In this document: positions 36,046 through 45,540 of the stretch, one piece after another
Layout of the letters: each line of letters opens with the position of its first letter
How positions within the stretch are numbered: position 1 is the stretch's first letter
From: an uncultured Bacteroidales bacterium
GTDB lineage: Bacteria > Bacteroidota > Bacteroidia > Bacteroidales > Paludibacteraceae
DNA: 64,000 bases
Direction: 5' to 3'
Assembly: GCA_937915765.1 (NCBI GenBank)
Contig: CALGHE010000133.1
Coordinates: 8,387 to 72,386 of the forward strand
Made by a program: the position numbers and the translations under genes
Notes under the pieces: model-generated
What the model was told of the DNA's origin: nothing
Seen by the model: only the letters and a program-made list of their open reading frames with translations
Databases searched by the model: none

Positions 36046-37452
36046 ATGAATGTAAAAGGATTGATGCTGGCTATGATGTCATTGTTAGTACTCTCTTTGT
36101 CATTTGCTCAGAATAAGATTTTTCTTTGGCAGGAAGGGGTTGTAGTAGGCAGTTATGAGATTGGGGAAATTGACAGTATTACGTTTAGCGCATCTGAACA
36201 AAGTGCAGACTCGTCAGCCGTTGACATAGCAGATATGCCGAGCGATGCTAAGACTTTAGCCAGAAAGATTTTTGCTGGAATCAATCTGGGGAATACCATG
36301 GAGTCTTCAGACGGGTTTGATGGGGATTGGTGTCCGGATGGCGAGACCTGCTGGGGGGCTAAGAAGGTTGATGCAGAACTTGTCAAGCAGTACAAAGCCT
36401 CCGGATTTAATGCGGTGAGGATTCCGTGCCAGTGGTACGACATGATTGAGCCAGGGTCTGATTCTTATAAAATCAGAGAGACCTGGATGAGCAGAGTTCA
36501 GAAAGTCGTCGATTTTGTGGTTGATGAGGATATGTATGCTATTCTTAATATTCACTGGGATAATGGATGGCTCGAAAACAATATAACTGACGCTAAAAAG
36601 GATGAAGTGAATAAGGTGCAGAAGGCTTTGTGGCAGCAGATTGCAGATAGATTCAAAAATTATGACGAGCATCTTATTTTTGCAAGTGCCAATGAGCCGA
36701 ACTTGCTTGGCAGCGCTCCGTCTATTAATAAGGACGACGGGCTTACAGCCGAAGAGGAGGCGGAAATTAGCAAAAGGGCGGAGGTGCTTAGAAGTTATCA
36801 TCAGACGTTTATAGATGTGGTGAGAGCCTCTGGAGGAAATAATCTGTTGAGGAATGTTATTATACAGGGGCCCGGCACTGATATTGACCAGAGTTTGGCC
36901 TATGATGTGCTTCCTAAAGATGAGGTGCAGGGACGCATGATGTTTGAGGTGCATTTTTATCCTTACACCTACGCGCTGATGGAATCTGATGCGGACTGGT
37001 CGCCTGCCCATTACTTCTGGGGCAATCAGCCGGATTTTATGAATATTGTGATTGATGGCAAAAATCATTCGGTAGAGCCTGAAGGCTGGTGCGGCGAGGA
37101 GTATGTGCAAAAGCAGTTCAAGGCGATGAAATCCGCCTTTGTTGATGGCAAGGGGCTGCCGGTGATTCTTGGCGAATATTGCGTGATGAACAGAGATTTG
37201 TCGGCTTTCGGAAATCATTCGACAGGAGAGTCGTATCAGAGTCTGTTTGAACGTTCTCGCGCATACTACTACGAATTTGTCAACAGAGAGGCCAAGAACA
37301 ACGGCTTGATACCTTTCTTGTGGGAGACTCCGGGCGATATTTACGAAAGGGTTGACAATGCAGGTTCGGGTGATTTCTCGGTTGTGAAAGGCAGGCAGAT
37401 GTTGCTGGACGGCATAATGAAAGGCGCGGCCGACGGTAAGTATCCGTTTTGA
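36046..37452 (+). CDS. Glycoside hydrolase family 5 (cellulase / endo-beta-1,4-glucanase-like), secreted
   Basis: The signal peptide is MNVKGLMLAMMSLLVLSLSFAQ. GH5 hallmarks are GINLGNTMES, AVRIPCQW, NIHWDNGW, the acid/base motif FASANEPN, and the nucleophile region PVILGEYCV. Confidence 0.85.
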   Translation: MNVKGLMLAMMSLLVLSLSFAQNKIFLWQEGVVVGSYEIGEIDSITFSASEQSADSSAVDIADMPSDAKTLARKIFAGINLGNTMESSDGFDGDWCPDGETCWGAKKVDAELVKQYKASGFNAVRIPCQWYDMIEPGSDSYKIRETWMSRVQKVVDFVVDEDMYAILNIHWDNGWLENNITDAKKDEVNKVQKALWQQIADRFKNYDEHLIFASANEPNLLGSAPSINKDDGLTAEEEAEISKRAEVLRSYHQTFIDVVRASGGNNLLRNVIIQGPGTDIDQSLAYDVLPKDEVQGRMMFEVHFYPYTYALMESDADWSPAHYFWGNQPDFMNIVIDGKNHSVEPEGWCGEEYVQKQFKAMKSAFVDGKGLPVILGEYCVMNRDLSAFGNHSTGESYQSLFERSRAYYYEFVNREAKNNGLIPFLWETPGDIYERVDNAGSGDFSVVKGRQMLLDGIMKGAADGKYPF

Positions 37453-37481
37453 AAATTCTTTTTTGAACTAATTTGTCAGAC

Positions 37482-40400
37482 ATGAATAGATTTTTTGCAC
37501 ATATATTGGCTCTTTTGCTGTTGCTGAGCTGTTCTGCGGTTTCTGCGAAACAGTTTGCGAAGTTTGACCATTTCTCTGTTCAAGATGGATTGGCGTCTAA
37601 TCGTGTCTATGGCATTGCTCAGGACGAACGCGGCTTTGTGTGGGTGGCAACAGACTTTGGACTGTCTCGCTTCGACGGCAGGTTTTTCAGAAATTACTCT
37701 AAGAAAGATTATCCGTCGCTGATTCGTGATGATGTGTATTTTGTTAAGTCTTTCAATAACAAGATTTTTACGGGTGGCTATAACGGACTGCTTTTGGAAT
37801 ATGACTATGAGTCGGACAGCTTCGTCAACAAGAAGCCTGACGAGTTTGAACATTCCTCTTATAAGGAGGTCAAGGGAATTTGCAAGTCCGAAAAAGGTGT
37901 CTATTATGCTTACACAATCGGAGGTCTCTACAAATATGACCCGGACAAGGATGTGTTCACGCATGAGTTTCCGGCTTTCGAGTCTTTCGCCCCGAATTAT
38001 GTGAGCGCGGCCTATGTTGACCGATACGACAGGTTCTGGCTCGGGTCTGTGAACTCTATGTTTGTGGTTGATAGCGCTGGCAATAAACTTGCAAATTTCA
38101 ACCAGTCCTTTGCTCCGTGTGAGTATGCTACAATGATACTTCCAATCTCAGAAGACAAGGTGGCGGTCTCGTTCTTATCTTCAGACTTGTGGGTTTTTGA
38201 TTTGGACGAAAAAGGGGTGGGCAATCCGGAAATCGTGAAGTTGCCTTTCGGAAATGTGCGGTGTGTGTTTAAGGATTCTCAGGACAGGTATTGGTTTGCG
38301 ACTGATGGTTTCGGCCTTTGGTTCACAGACGATGTGCCGTCGGCTTCCGCTAACTTTCAAGAACTGCGGCCGTTTAATTCGGAGCCTATCGATTTTAATA
38401 AGATTTACGCCATTTCGGAGGATAAGAATGGTAACATGTGGTTTGGCACTCAGAATTCGGGATTGTGGAGGCTGTGCCGGAGTCAGACGGAAAAATTGGT
38501 GTTCTCTTCAGACTACGGATTCCCTTCTATTGTCTGCAATTCGTTTGCCGAAGATGATAATGGCAACTTGATTGTTGCGTCTGACGGCGGTGGCATGTAT
38601 TCTGTTGCACCTGACTTCAAGGAGTTCAAGAAGATTAAGACGAATAACACAAATGTGCTTTGCGCTGAGAAAATTAACAGCGGCGAGGTGCTGCTGACCA
38701 CATGGGGCGGCGGATTGTTGAGCATGGACTCGAAAACTGATGAGGTTTCTGTGACCTCGTTTGACGGAATCAACACCTCTATAAATTGTTTTTTCTCATT
38801 GAAGCAGATGCCCGACGGAGAGATTTGGGTCGGCACTGCAAACGATGGCATCTATATTCGTGACAACAAAGGCAAATGGCGCAAGCAAGTGCTGAAGGCT
38901 GAGGGCGTGCAGGAAGACCGTTGGGTGTACAGCGTTTATGGCAACGCTAAGGGCATAAGGTGGGCGATAACGTCAAACACGATATGGAGGCTGGACGACA
39001 AGGGCCTGACTATGCTTCTGCCGGACGTGTCAACCCTGAAAACGCATCTGCCTCGCGCTTTGTATGATGCGGAGTGCGACGACGATGGCAACCTTTATGT
39101 GGTTTGCAATAAGGGTGTACTGTGTTTCCCTGCCGACGGTTCTGAACATTATATGCTGGACTATATTCCTGGTGTCTTTTTCCGTTCTATTTTGAGGTCT
39201 AAGGACGGACGATTCTGGATTGCCGGAGACGGAGACATCGGTTTCTTTAATCCGAAAGAAAAAAAGTACGTCTCTTTTGTGGGCGATTTTAACAAAAATA
39301 TTGTAAAGTCTTTCTACCAGAGGGCCTCTTTTGAGGATTCGGCGGGAAATCTTTATTTCGGCACAATGAGCGGCTTCTTTAAGTTGTCTCCGACATCGTC
39401 TTCTGAAAAGTCCGCTGATATTCATTACGAGTTTTCTGACCTTTATATGCTGGGCAAAAAAGTGAAGCCGTTGACTTCGGTGCTGAAGAACGGTAGGCTG
39501 TCCAAACTGTCCGAAATAGAACTGAAACATAATCAGACTGACATATCTGTTACGGTTGATGTTGTGAGCATGAGTTCTGAGAGTTGCCAGTTCAGGTATA
39601 TATTGGAGGGGCTTGGAGAACAGTGGCAACTATTGCCAAACAGCAGGGAGATTGCTTTCTCTTTCATTCCTCACGGAAGTTACGACTTGATAGTTGAGCC
39701 GTGCGACGCGGTGGATGGCAAAGCTCTCGGAGAGCCTATTAAACTGCATATTGAGGTTTTGCCCCCTTGGTGGGCCGTGTGGTGGTTCCAGCTGTTGCTC
39801 GTGGTCTTAATTTCGGTTGTGGTCTTGCTCTTCTTCAAAAGAAGGGAGCGGAATCTGGTGCGTATTCAAAATATCTTGCGCGAAAAGGTTGATAAAAGAA
39901 CGTCTGAACTGAAAGTGGCTTTGGAGGACAAGGACAGACTTATCTCTGTAATAGGGCATGACCTGAAGAATCCGATGTTTGCCATCGTAGGTTCGCTCGA
40001 CCTGCTCAAGAACAAGGAAGACCAGATGTCTAAAGAGGAGAAGAGCCAGCTTATTGATGAAGTGCGCTTTGAGGCGAAAACGCTTCAGGACGAGATGGTG
40101 AGGCTCGTGGAGTGGGCTAAGTCAAAACGTGAAGAGCTGGTGTGCAATATGTCGGACACAAATCTTAGCCTTGTTGTTAAAAATGTCTTTATGCTGCTCG
40201 AAGGGGTGGCAGAGCAGAAAAAGATAGAGCTGAAGCAGAATATAGAACTGGAGCATTATGCTCTGGTCGATTCGCGTATGTTAGGCACAATTTTAAGAAA
40301 CCTGATGGGGAATGCAGTGAAGTTCACTCCAGCCGGAGGCTCCATCTCGCTAAATGCTTTTGAAAGGGATAGCAAAATTGTTGTGAATGTGATAGATTCG

Positions 40401-41429
40401 GGGGTGGGAATGGACGATGTGCAATTGGCTAAATTGCTTGATGCTGAAGATAACACATCGACAAAAGGCACTGATAACGAGGAGGGCACCGGGCTTGGTT
40501 TCCGAATATGTCAGGACTATGTGAAGCGAAATAAAGGTTCTATCTTAGTTAAGAGCGAAAAAGGCAAGGGCACAACCGTGACGCTTGAGTTCATGAAGTC
40601 TGATAATACGATAAAAGAGACGGAGACAGTGAAAGATGTTGAGTTTGAGGTTGATAGAGATTTAATGGAAGGCAACTCAATTCTGATTGTTGACGATGAT
40701 TATCTGATATGCAGAAATCTTTCGGCTATACTGGAGCCTTATGTCAATGTTATTGTTGCGCATAACGGAGCGGAGGCGTTGAAATTGGCAGAGGAGAATT
40801 TGCCGGACATGATTCTGAGTGATGTCGATATGCCGGAAATGAATGGTATTGAGCTGGGTAAAGCTCTGAACTCTTCGGAGAAGTTAAGCCATATACCGGT
40901 CATATATCTTTCTGCGAAGAGTGACGAGCAAGACAGGCTGAGAGGGCTTGTGAATGGAGCCGTGGACTATATCTCAAAGCCTTTCAGCCAGACCGAACTG
41001 CTGATAAAGGTTTGTAATCAGTTAAAGATAAGACAGAAACAGCAGTCGTTGATTCTTTCGACTCATCTGAAACGAAATGTTAAAAAGCAGGAAAAGATAG
41101 AAGAGCCTGCCGCTCTGAATCCGTTCACTAAAGATTTCATCGCAGTTCTGGACAAAAGGTATTCGGACAGCAGAGTTTCTGTAGAAGACCTTGCAAGTGA
41201 CATGAACATGAGTCAGTCAACACTGAACCGGCGGGCGAGGTCTATTGTTGGCAAATCGCCTCTCGAAATGCTGAACGAATACAGACTGAATATGGCGGCT
41301 CAGATGCTGAAAGATGACAAGCTCGGAAAGAGCATAAGTGACATCGCGTATGATGTGGGTTTCAGTGATCCGGCGTATTTCACAAAGAAATTTAAGGACT
41401 ATTTTGGTTGCACGCCTTCTCAAGTTTAG
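37482..41429 (+). CDS. Hybrid two-component system sensor histidine kinase / response regulator with AraC-type HTH (HTCS)
   Basis: The periplasmic part has beta-propeller 'two-component regulator propeller' repeats (WVATDFGL, WFGTQNSGLW, WVGTANDGI) and a Y_Y_Y-like region, followed by a TM helix WWAVWWFQLLLVVLISVVVLLFF. The cytoplasmic part has HisKA ISVIGHDLKNPM, HATPase GTGLGFRICQ, REC ILIVDDD..LSDVDMPEMNG, and a C-terminal AraC HTH (DIAYDVGFSDPAYFTKKFK). Confidence 0.92.
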   Translation: MNRFFAHILALLLLLSCSAVSAKQFAKFDHFSVQDGLASNRVYGIAQDERGFVWVATDFGLSRFDGRFFRNYSKKDYPSLIRDDVYFVKSFNNKIFTGGYNGLLLEYDYESDSFVNKKPDEFEHSSYKEVKGICKSEKGVYYAYTIGGLYKYDPDKDVFTHEFPAFESFAPNYVSAAYVDRYDRFWLGSVNSMFVVDSAGNKLANFNQSFAPCEYATMILPISEDKVAVSFLSSDLWVFDLDEKGVGNPEIVKLPFGNVRCVFKDSQDRYWFATDGFGLWFTDDVPSASANFQELRPFNSEPIDFNKIYAISEDKNGNMWFGTQNSGLWRLCRSQTEKLVFSSDYGFPSIVCNSFAEDDNGNLIVASDGGGMYSVAPDFKEFKKIKTNNTNVLCAEKINSGEVLLTTWGGGLLSMDSKTDEVSVTSFDGINTSINCFFSLKQMPDGEIWVGTANDGIYIRDNKGKWRKQVLKAEGVQEDRWVYSVYGNAKGIRWAITSNTIWRLDDKGLTMLLPDVSTLKTHLPRALYDAECDDDGNLYVVCNKGVLCFPADGSEHYMLDYIPGVFFRSILRSKDGRFWIAGDGDIGFFNPKEKKYVSFVGDFNKNIVKSFYQRASFEDSAGNLYFGTMSGFFKLSPTSSSEKSADIHYEFSDLYMLGKKVKPLTSVLKNGRLSKLSEIELKHNQTDISVTVDVVSMSSESCQFRYILEGLGEQWQLLPNSREIAFSFIPHGSYDLIVEPCDAVDGKALGEPIKLHIEVLPPWWAVWWFQLLLVVLISVVVLLFFKRRERNLVRIQNILREKVDKRTSELKVALEDKDRLISVIGHDLKNPMFAIVGSLDLLKNKEDQMSKEEKSQLIDEVRFEAKTLQDEMVRLVEWAKSKREELVCNMSDTNLSLVVKNVFMLLEGVAEQKKIELKQNIELEHYALVDSRMLGTILRNLMGNAVKFTPAGGSISLNAFERDSKIVVNVIDSGVGMDDVQLAKLLDAEDNTSTKGTDNEEGTGLGFRICQDYVKRNKGSILVKSEKGKGTTVTLEFMKSDNTIKETETVKDVEFEVDRDLMEGNSILIVDDDYLICRNLSAILEPYVNVIVAHNGAEALKLAEENLPDMILSDVDMPEMNGIELGKALNSSEKLSHIPVIYLSAKSDEQDRLRGLVNGAVDYISKPFSQTELLIKVCNQLKIRQKQQSLILSTHLKRNVKKQEKIEEPAALNPFTKDFIAVLDKRYSDSRVSVEDLASDMNMSQSTLNRRARSIVGKSPLEMLNEYRLNMAAQMLKDDKLGKSISDIAYDVGFSDPAYFTKKFKDYFGCTPSQV

Positions 41430-41455
41430 AACTTGAGAAGGTTTCTTTTTTTTCC
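41415..41455 (+). terminator. Rho-independent terminator whose loop is the HTCS stop codon
   Basis: ccttctcaagtt (41415-41426) pairs with aacttgagaagg (41430-41441), a perfect 12-bp stem. The 3-nt loop is the TAG stop, and tttctttttttt follows. Confidence 0.8.
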
Positions 41456-41665
41456 TACTTTTGTTACATCGGATTTTGATTTTTGTGTCGCAGTGTTTTT
41501 TTTGTATCGTTTTTTTAACAAAAGTCAATGAAAATTTGCGACTATGCTTTTCAATTGTTAGTTTTGTCTCATCTGAATAATACAGACTAATTACGAAACA
41601 AGGATGATAACTTTTCGTGGAGTTGTTTTCTTGCGCATATATTTATATAAAAGGAATTGTACAGT

Positions 41666-44600
41666 ATGAGTTTTTTTAGCAGATTAAGAAGGGTGGCGTT
41701 TTGTTTATGCGCGTCGTTTGCTTTCTATAGTGCAGATGCCGGCGTGGTAATAAACGAGATTATGCCGTGTAACGTTTCGACGTTGCTTAATGACTATTAT
41801 AATTATACAGGCTGGCTCGAATTATATAATTCGGGCGAGGCCGACGTGAACCTTAAAGGTTACGAGTTTAGAAATATCACAGGCTCAAAAAACAAGTTGA
41901 AGTGGGCCTGGAAAATTGAAGATTCGGTCGTCGTTAAAGCAGGAAAGTATAAAGTGATATTTTTTGACGAGGAGGAGGGCAAGTCTAAAACGCACGCTCC
42001 GTATAAAATTGACTCGGACGGCGGCACACTTGTCCTTTTGGACAATAAAGGAAATGAGGCTCACGCGCTAATCTACAAGGCGCAAGAGTCTGGCTATTCT
42101 TTCGGGTTGAACGGCTCGGACAAAAATTATATGCTTCCGACTCCTGGCGAGAAAAACAGCGGTTGCTACTCTAATTTTTGCGCGCTTCCGAAGTTTAACG
42201 GCGCTGCTCCGGGAACCTACAATTCTAAGTCTGAGGTTGGTGCAGTCACTTTGTATTGCGTGACAAGGGATGCGCGCATTTACTACACATTGGATGGCAG
42301 CGAGCCTGACATAAATGACACGTTGAATACTTTTTTATATTCTGGTGAAATAAAGCTGAATGAGGAAGGGAATACCGTAATCAGGGCAAGATCGTATAGA
42401 GATGATGCGTTGCCGAGCAAAATAGTTACAGGTTCGTTCATCTTTGCAGACGAGGGCTTTCATGGCAAATGCGGTGGTTTCACAGTGCCCGTTGTCTCTA
42501 TTGTTGCGGAACCAGACCATTTTTATAGTGACCAGATTGGTATCTATGTAAAAGGCGAGAATGGAATCGAAGGGAAAGGAGACTGCGGTAATGGTGTGGA
42601 CAAGAAAAGAAATTATAATCAGGATTGGAAGCGTCCGGTTAATTTCGAGTTTATAGAGAATGGAAATGTAAAGGTGTCTCAGAGCCTTGAGGCGGCTGTT
42701 ATGGGCGGCTGTTCGAGAGGGGATAACAGAAAGTGGAAGTCTCTTAAAATTACAGCCTCAAAAAAGCAGGGAAGCGGCGGAAACTTAATCGGCTACAAAG
42801 ACTTCTTTGGAGATAAGAGCAATATGGAGTTCAAGGCTGTTCAGCTTCGTAACGGTGGTAATGATTATGACGGAATACGTATTCGTGACGGGGTTATGCA
42901 GGCTATCTTGGACGGTATGGATGTGGACCGGCAGGCTTATCGTCCGGTGGCGTTCTACATTAATGGCGAGTATGGCGGCCTGTTCGGATTGCGCGAGAGG
43001 ACAAATAAGGATTATGTCTATTCTAACTATGGCTATGAAGAGGAGGACCTTGATGTAATAGAGATTACGGCCAAGGACGGTGTCACAGCGTCAACAGGAA
43101 CGGTTGACTATTTCAACGAAATGATAAGGGTGGCTGGCGAAAATCAGTCTGACGCTGGTTATATGGCGAAAATGTCAAAGTATATGGACGTTGACGAGTA
43201 TGTGGATTACATGACGTTTGAGCAGTACATTGTGAATACAGACTGGCCTGGTAATAATATTAAGGTTTGGAGAGAAAGGAATCATGGCGTATTCCGCTGG
43301 CTCGTTTATGACACAGATTTCGGATTTGGCTTGTATCAGTCTTATGGACCTAATTATTGTGACCCCAACATGAACACTATAAAGTTCAGTTCGGGTGAGT
43401 CTGAACAGAAAAACTGGGCTAATGAGGAAGAGTGGCAGTGCGAGCTTTTCAAAAATCTGCTTGGCAATAAGGATTTCCAGAAGAAGTTTATAACAAGAAA
43501 CTTGTTCAATCTGAAAAAGTTCTATTGCTACGACAGGGTTAAGCCGATAATAGACTCTATGGTCGCTTTGGCAAGCGATGAATATTGCGCCATGAAGTCG
43601 GATGAGTATTATGACGCGTCTGGAAAACTGGAAACGAGTGACGAGGTCAAGGGCTTGTACTCTTTTGCAGAAAAACGTAGCAAAGTGATTCCTGAACATA
43701 TTAAGGAGTATTTTAAGCTTGGGGAAGTTGTGGACCTGACCATCTCTTCTAATGTGGATGGCGCTCGGTACTTGATAAACGGAGAACTTTATGACAGCAG
43801 TTCTTATAAGGGCTTGTACTATGCAGACTTGGACCTTTCTGTGGCTCCTATTCCGCCAAAGGGTTATGAATTTGACTCTTGGTCTTTGTCGGCTTCTATC
43901 TCCGAATCGCTTTTGAGCGATTCTGCGACATGGGCTTATTACTACGACAGTTTGCCTCCGGCTTCGGACTGGAACAGCGTGGGCTTTGATGATTCTGAAT
44001 GGAGCCGCGGCAGAGGTAAGTTTGGCTATCCGGCTTATGATACGGAACTTAAGTATGAGGATGAGGAGAACAAGCCTATGACGGCATATTTCAGAACTTC
44101 TTTTAATCTGAAGGACACCTCCGCTTATGCTGCTGTCAAGGCCAAGATTGCTTATGACGACGGTTATGTTATCTATGTAAACGGCAAGGAGATAGCTCGT
44201 AAGAATATGCCGGAAGGTGATATAGATTTCTCTACTCCGGCTCTTGAATACGTTAATGACGTCTCCGAATCGGTTGAGTTCCCTTCGAGTTGCCTGAAAA
44301 ATGGCGTCAATGAGATTGCGGTAGAGGTGCATCAGAATGTTAAAACAAGTTCAGATTTCGTGTTCAGTATGACCGTGGCTGGTGTTACAAATAAGGATGG
44401 CGGCTCTAAGGGTGTATTCTCTGCTATTTTGACAGGGCCGATGGAAATGAAGGCTAAATTCGTGAAGGTTGACTGTGTTAAGCCTAATCTTGTCATTAAC
44501 GAAATTTGTTCCTCTAACGACTCTATTGCTGACGATTTCTACGGGTTCAAGCCAGACTGGATCGAAATCGTGAATCGTGGTGACGAACCTGTCAATTTGG

Positions 44601-45280
44601 CTGGTCTGTACCTGACTGATAAAGCCGGCAATTTGAGGAAAAGTATGATTCCTTATGACAAATACTTCGATTCGGCCTCTGTAATACAGCCGGGCGAGGC
44701 TAAGGTTGTTTGGGCTGATAATGCGGAATATCTTGGGCCTTTGCATCTTGGATTCAAGATTTCTAATGAGTCGGTTTCTACTTTGTTCTTGTCTTGGGAA
44801 GATGAAGAGAGTGAGTTGCACGTCATAGATTCGGTTACGTATGATGTTCATCCGAAAAATGGGTCTTACGGAAGGATAAGAGACGGCGAGGAGTGGAGCG
44901 TGATGTATGTTGACAGGCAGCAAGCTGAAGGCAGCATTTGTGGCGACTCTGCGTATTATACTACGTACCGTCAGCTAAACTCGTCAAAAGCACCAGATTT
45001 CATTTCTATGGCGTTGTGTTCAGATGTTGAGCCTTTTGCGGCTAATGATGATGCGATTGTAGCTTATCCGAAATTGGTGGATGAATGTGTCTTCGTTTCA
45101 GGTCTGGATGGCGAAACCGCAGCTTGCACCGTATTCAGTAGCATGGGCGCTGTGGTTGGAAATTGGGCGTGTGTGAGAGACGGGGAGTGCATAAATCTGG
45201 CAGATTTGCCGTCTGGAACCTATATTTTGAGGCTGATTTCGAAAAAAATGACAAAAAACGAGAAAATTTTAAAGAAATAA
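41666..45280 (+). CDS. CotH kinase-family protein with two lamin-tail (LTD) domains and a T9SS type A C-terminal sorting domain
   Basis: LTD-like regions are VVINEIMPCN..GWLELYNSGEADVNLKGY and LVINEICSSN..DWIEIVNRGDEPVNLAGLYLTD. The central part is a CotH-like region. The C-terminus AYPKLVDECVFVSG..CTVFSSMGAVVG..INLADLPSGTYILRLIS..KILKK fits the Por secretion tail pattern. I prefer the ATG at 41666 to the TTG at 41657. Confidence 0.75.
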   Translation: MSFFSRLRRVAFCLCASFAFYSADAGVVINEIMPCNVSTLLNDYYNYTGWLELYNSGEADVNLKGYEFRNITGSKNKLKWAWKIEDSVVVKAGKYKVIFFDEEEGKSKTHAPYKIDSDGGTLVLLDNKGNEAHALIYKAQESGYSFGLNGSDKNYMLPTPGEKNSGCYSNFCALPKFNGAAPGTYNSKSEVGAVTLYCVTRDARIYYTLDGSEPDINDTLNTFLYSGEIKLNEEGNTVIRARSYRDDALPSKIVTGSFIFADEGFHGKCGGFTVPVVSIVAEPDHFYSDQIGIYVKGENGIEGKGDCGNGVDKKRNYNQDWKRPVNFEFIENGNVKVSQSLEAAVMGGCSRGDNRKWKSLKITASKKQGSGGNLIGYKDFFGDKSNMEFKAVQLRNGGNDYDGIRIRDGVMQAILDGMDVDRQAYRPVAFYINGEYGGLFGLRERTNKDYVYSNYGYEEEDLDVIEITAKDGVTASTGTVDYFNEMIRVAGENQSDAGYMAKMSKYMDVDEYVDYMTFEQYIVNTDWPGNNIKVWRERNHGVFRWLVYDTDFGFGLYQSYGPNYCDPNMNTIKFSSGESEQKNWANEEEWQCELFKNLLGNKDFQKKFITRNLFNLKKFYCYDRVKPIIDSMVALASDEYCAMKSDEYYDASGKLETSDEVKGLYSFAEKRSKVIPEHIKEYFKLGEVVDLTISSNVDGARYLINGELYDSSSYKGLYYADLDLSVAPIPPKGYEFDSWSLSASISESLLSDSATWAYYYDSLPPASDWNSVGFDDSEWSRGRGKFGYPAYDTELKYEDEENKPMTAYFRTSFNLKDTSAYAAVKAKIAYDDGYVIYVNGKEIARKNMPEGDIDFSTPALEYVNDVSESVEFPSSCLKNGVNEIAVEVHQNVKTSSDFVFSMTVAGVTNKDGGSKGVFSAILTGPMEMKAKFVKVDCVKPNLVINEICSSNDSIADDFYGFKPDWIEIVNRGDEPVNLAGLYLTDKAGNLRKSMIPYDKYFDSASVIQPGEAKVVWADNAEYLGPLHLGFKISNESVSTLFLSWEDEESELHVIDSVTYDVHPKNGSYGRIRDGEEWSVMYVDRQQAEGSICGDSAYYTTYRQLNSSKAPDFISMALCSDVEPFAANDDAIVAYPKLVDECVFVSGLDGETAACTVFSSMGAVVGNWACVRDGECINLADLPSGTYILRLISKKMTKNEKILKK

Positions 45281-45364
45281 TTTGCAGATTGCCAAATAAG
45301 TTGTACATTTGCATATACAAAAATATAATTTTGAAAACGTAAACATAATATTAAAAAAGATGGA

Positions 45365-45396
45365 ACTGCCTTGTCGTGAGACAAGGCAGTTTTTTT
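45365..45396 (+). terminator. Rho-independent terminator after the CotH-family gene
   Basis: actgccttgtc (45365-45375) pairs with gacaaggcagt (45380-45390), a perfect 11-bp stem with loop gtga. A T6 run follows. Confidence 0.8.
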
Positions 45397-45503
45397 GTGC
45401 GGACTTTTGATTTGCGGTTTAGACAATTTTTTATTTTTCTCATAAGTCCATCTTTTTTATGTAAAAATGTTGTTAAAGGAAATTTGCCATCACAATTTTT
45501 CAC

Positions 45504-45511
45504 TATTTTTG
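45504..45511 (+). promoter_or_regulatory. Bacteroidota -7 box candidate promoter for the OmpA-family gene
   Basis: TATTTTTG lies 30 nt upstream of the ATG at 45541. Confidence 0.5.
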
Positions 45512-45540
45512 CGTTCTAATCTAAGATAAAGTTTATTCAA

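Noticed and set aside
35820-36047. A 75-aa minus-strand ORF in the mnmG-GH5 spacer. Similar small intergenic ORFs occur at 6011-6202, 41217-41528, 45135-45426 and 4799-4981.
   Set aside because: They are short, AT-rich and low-complexity. They overlap terminators or promoter boxes of the flanking genes and have no recognisable motifs.
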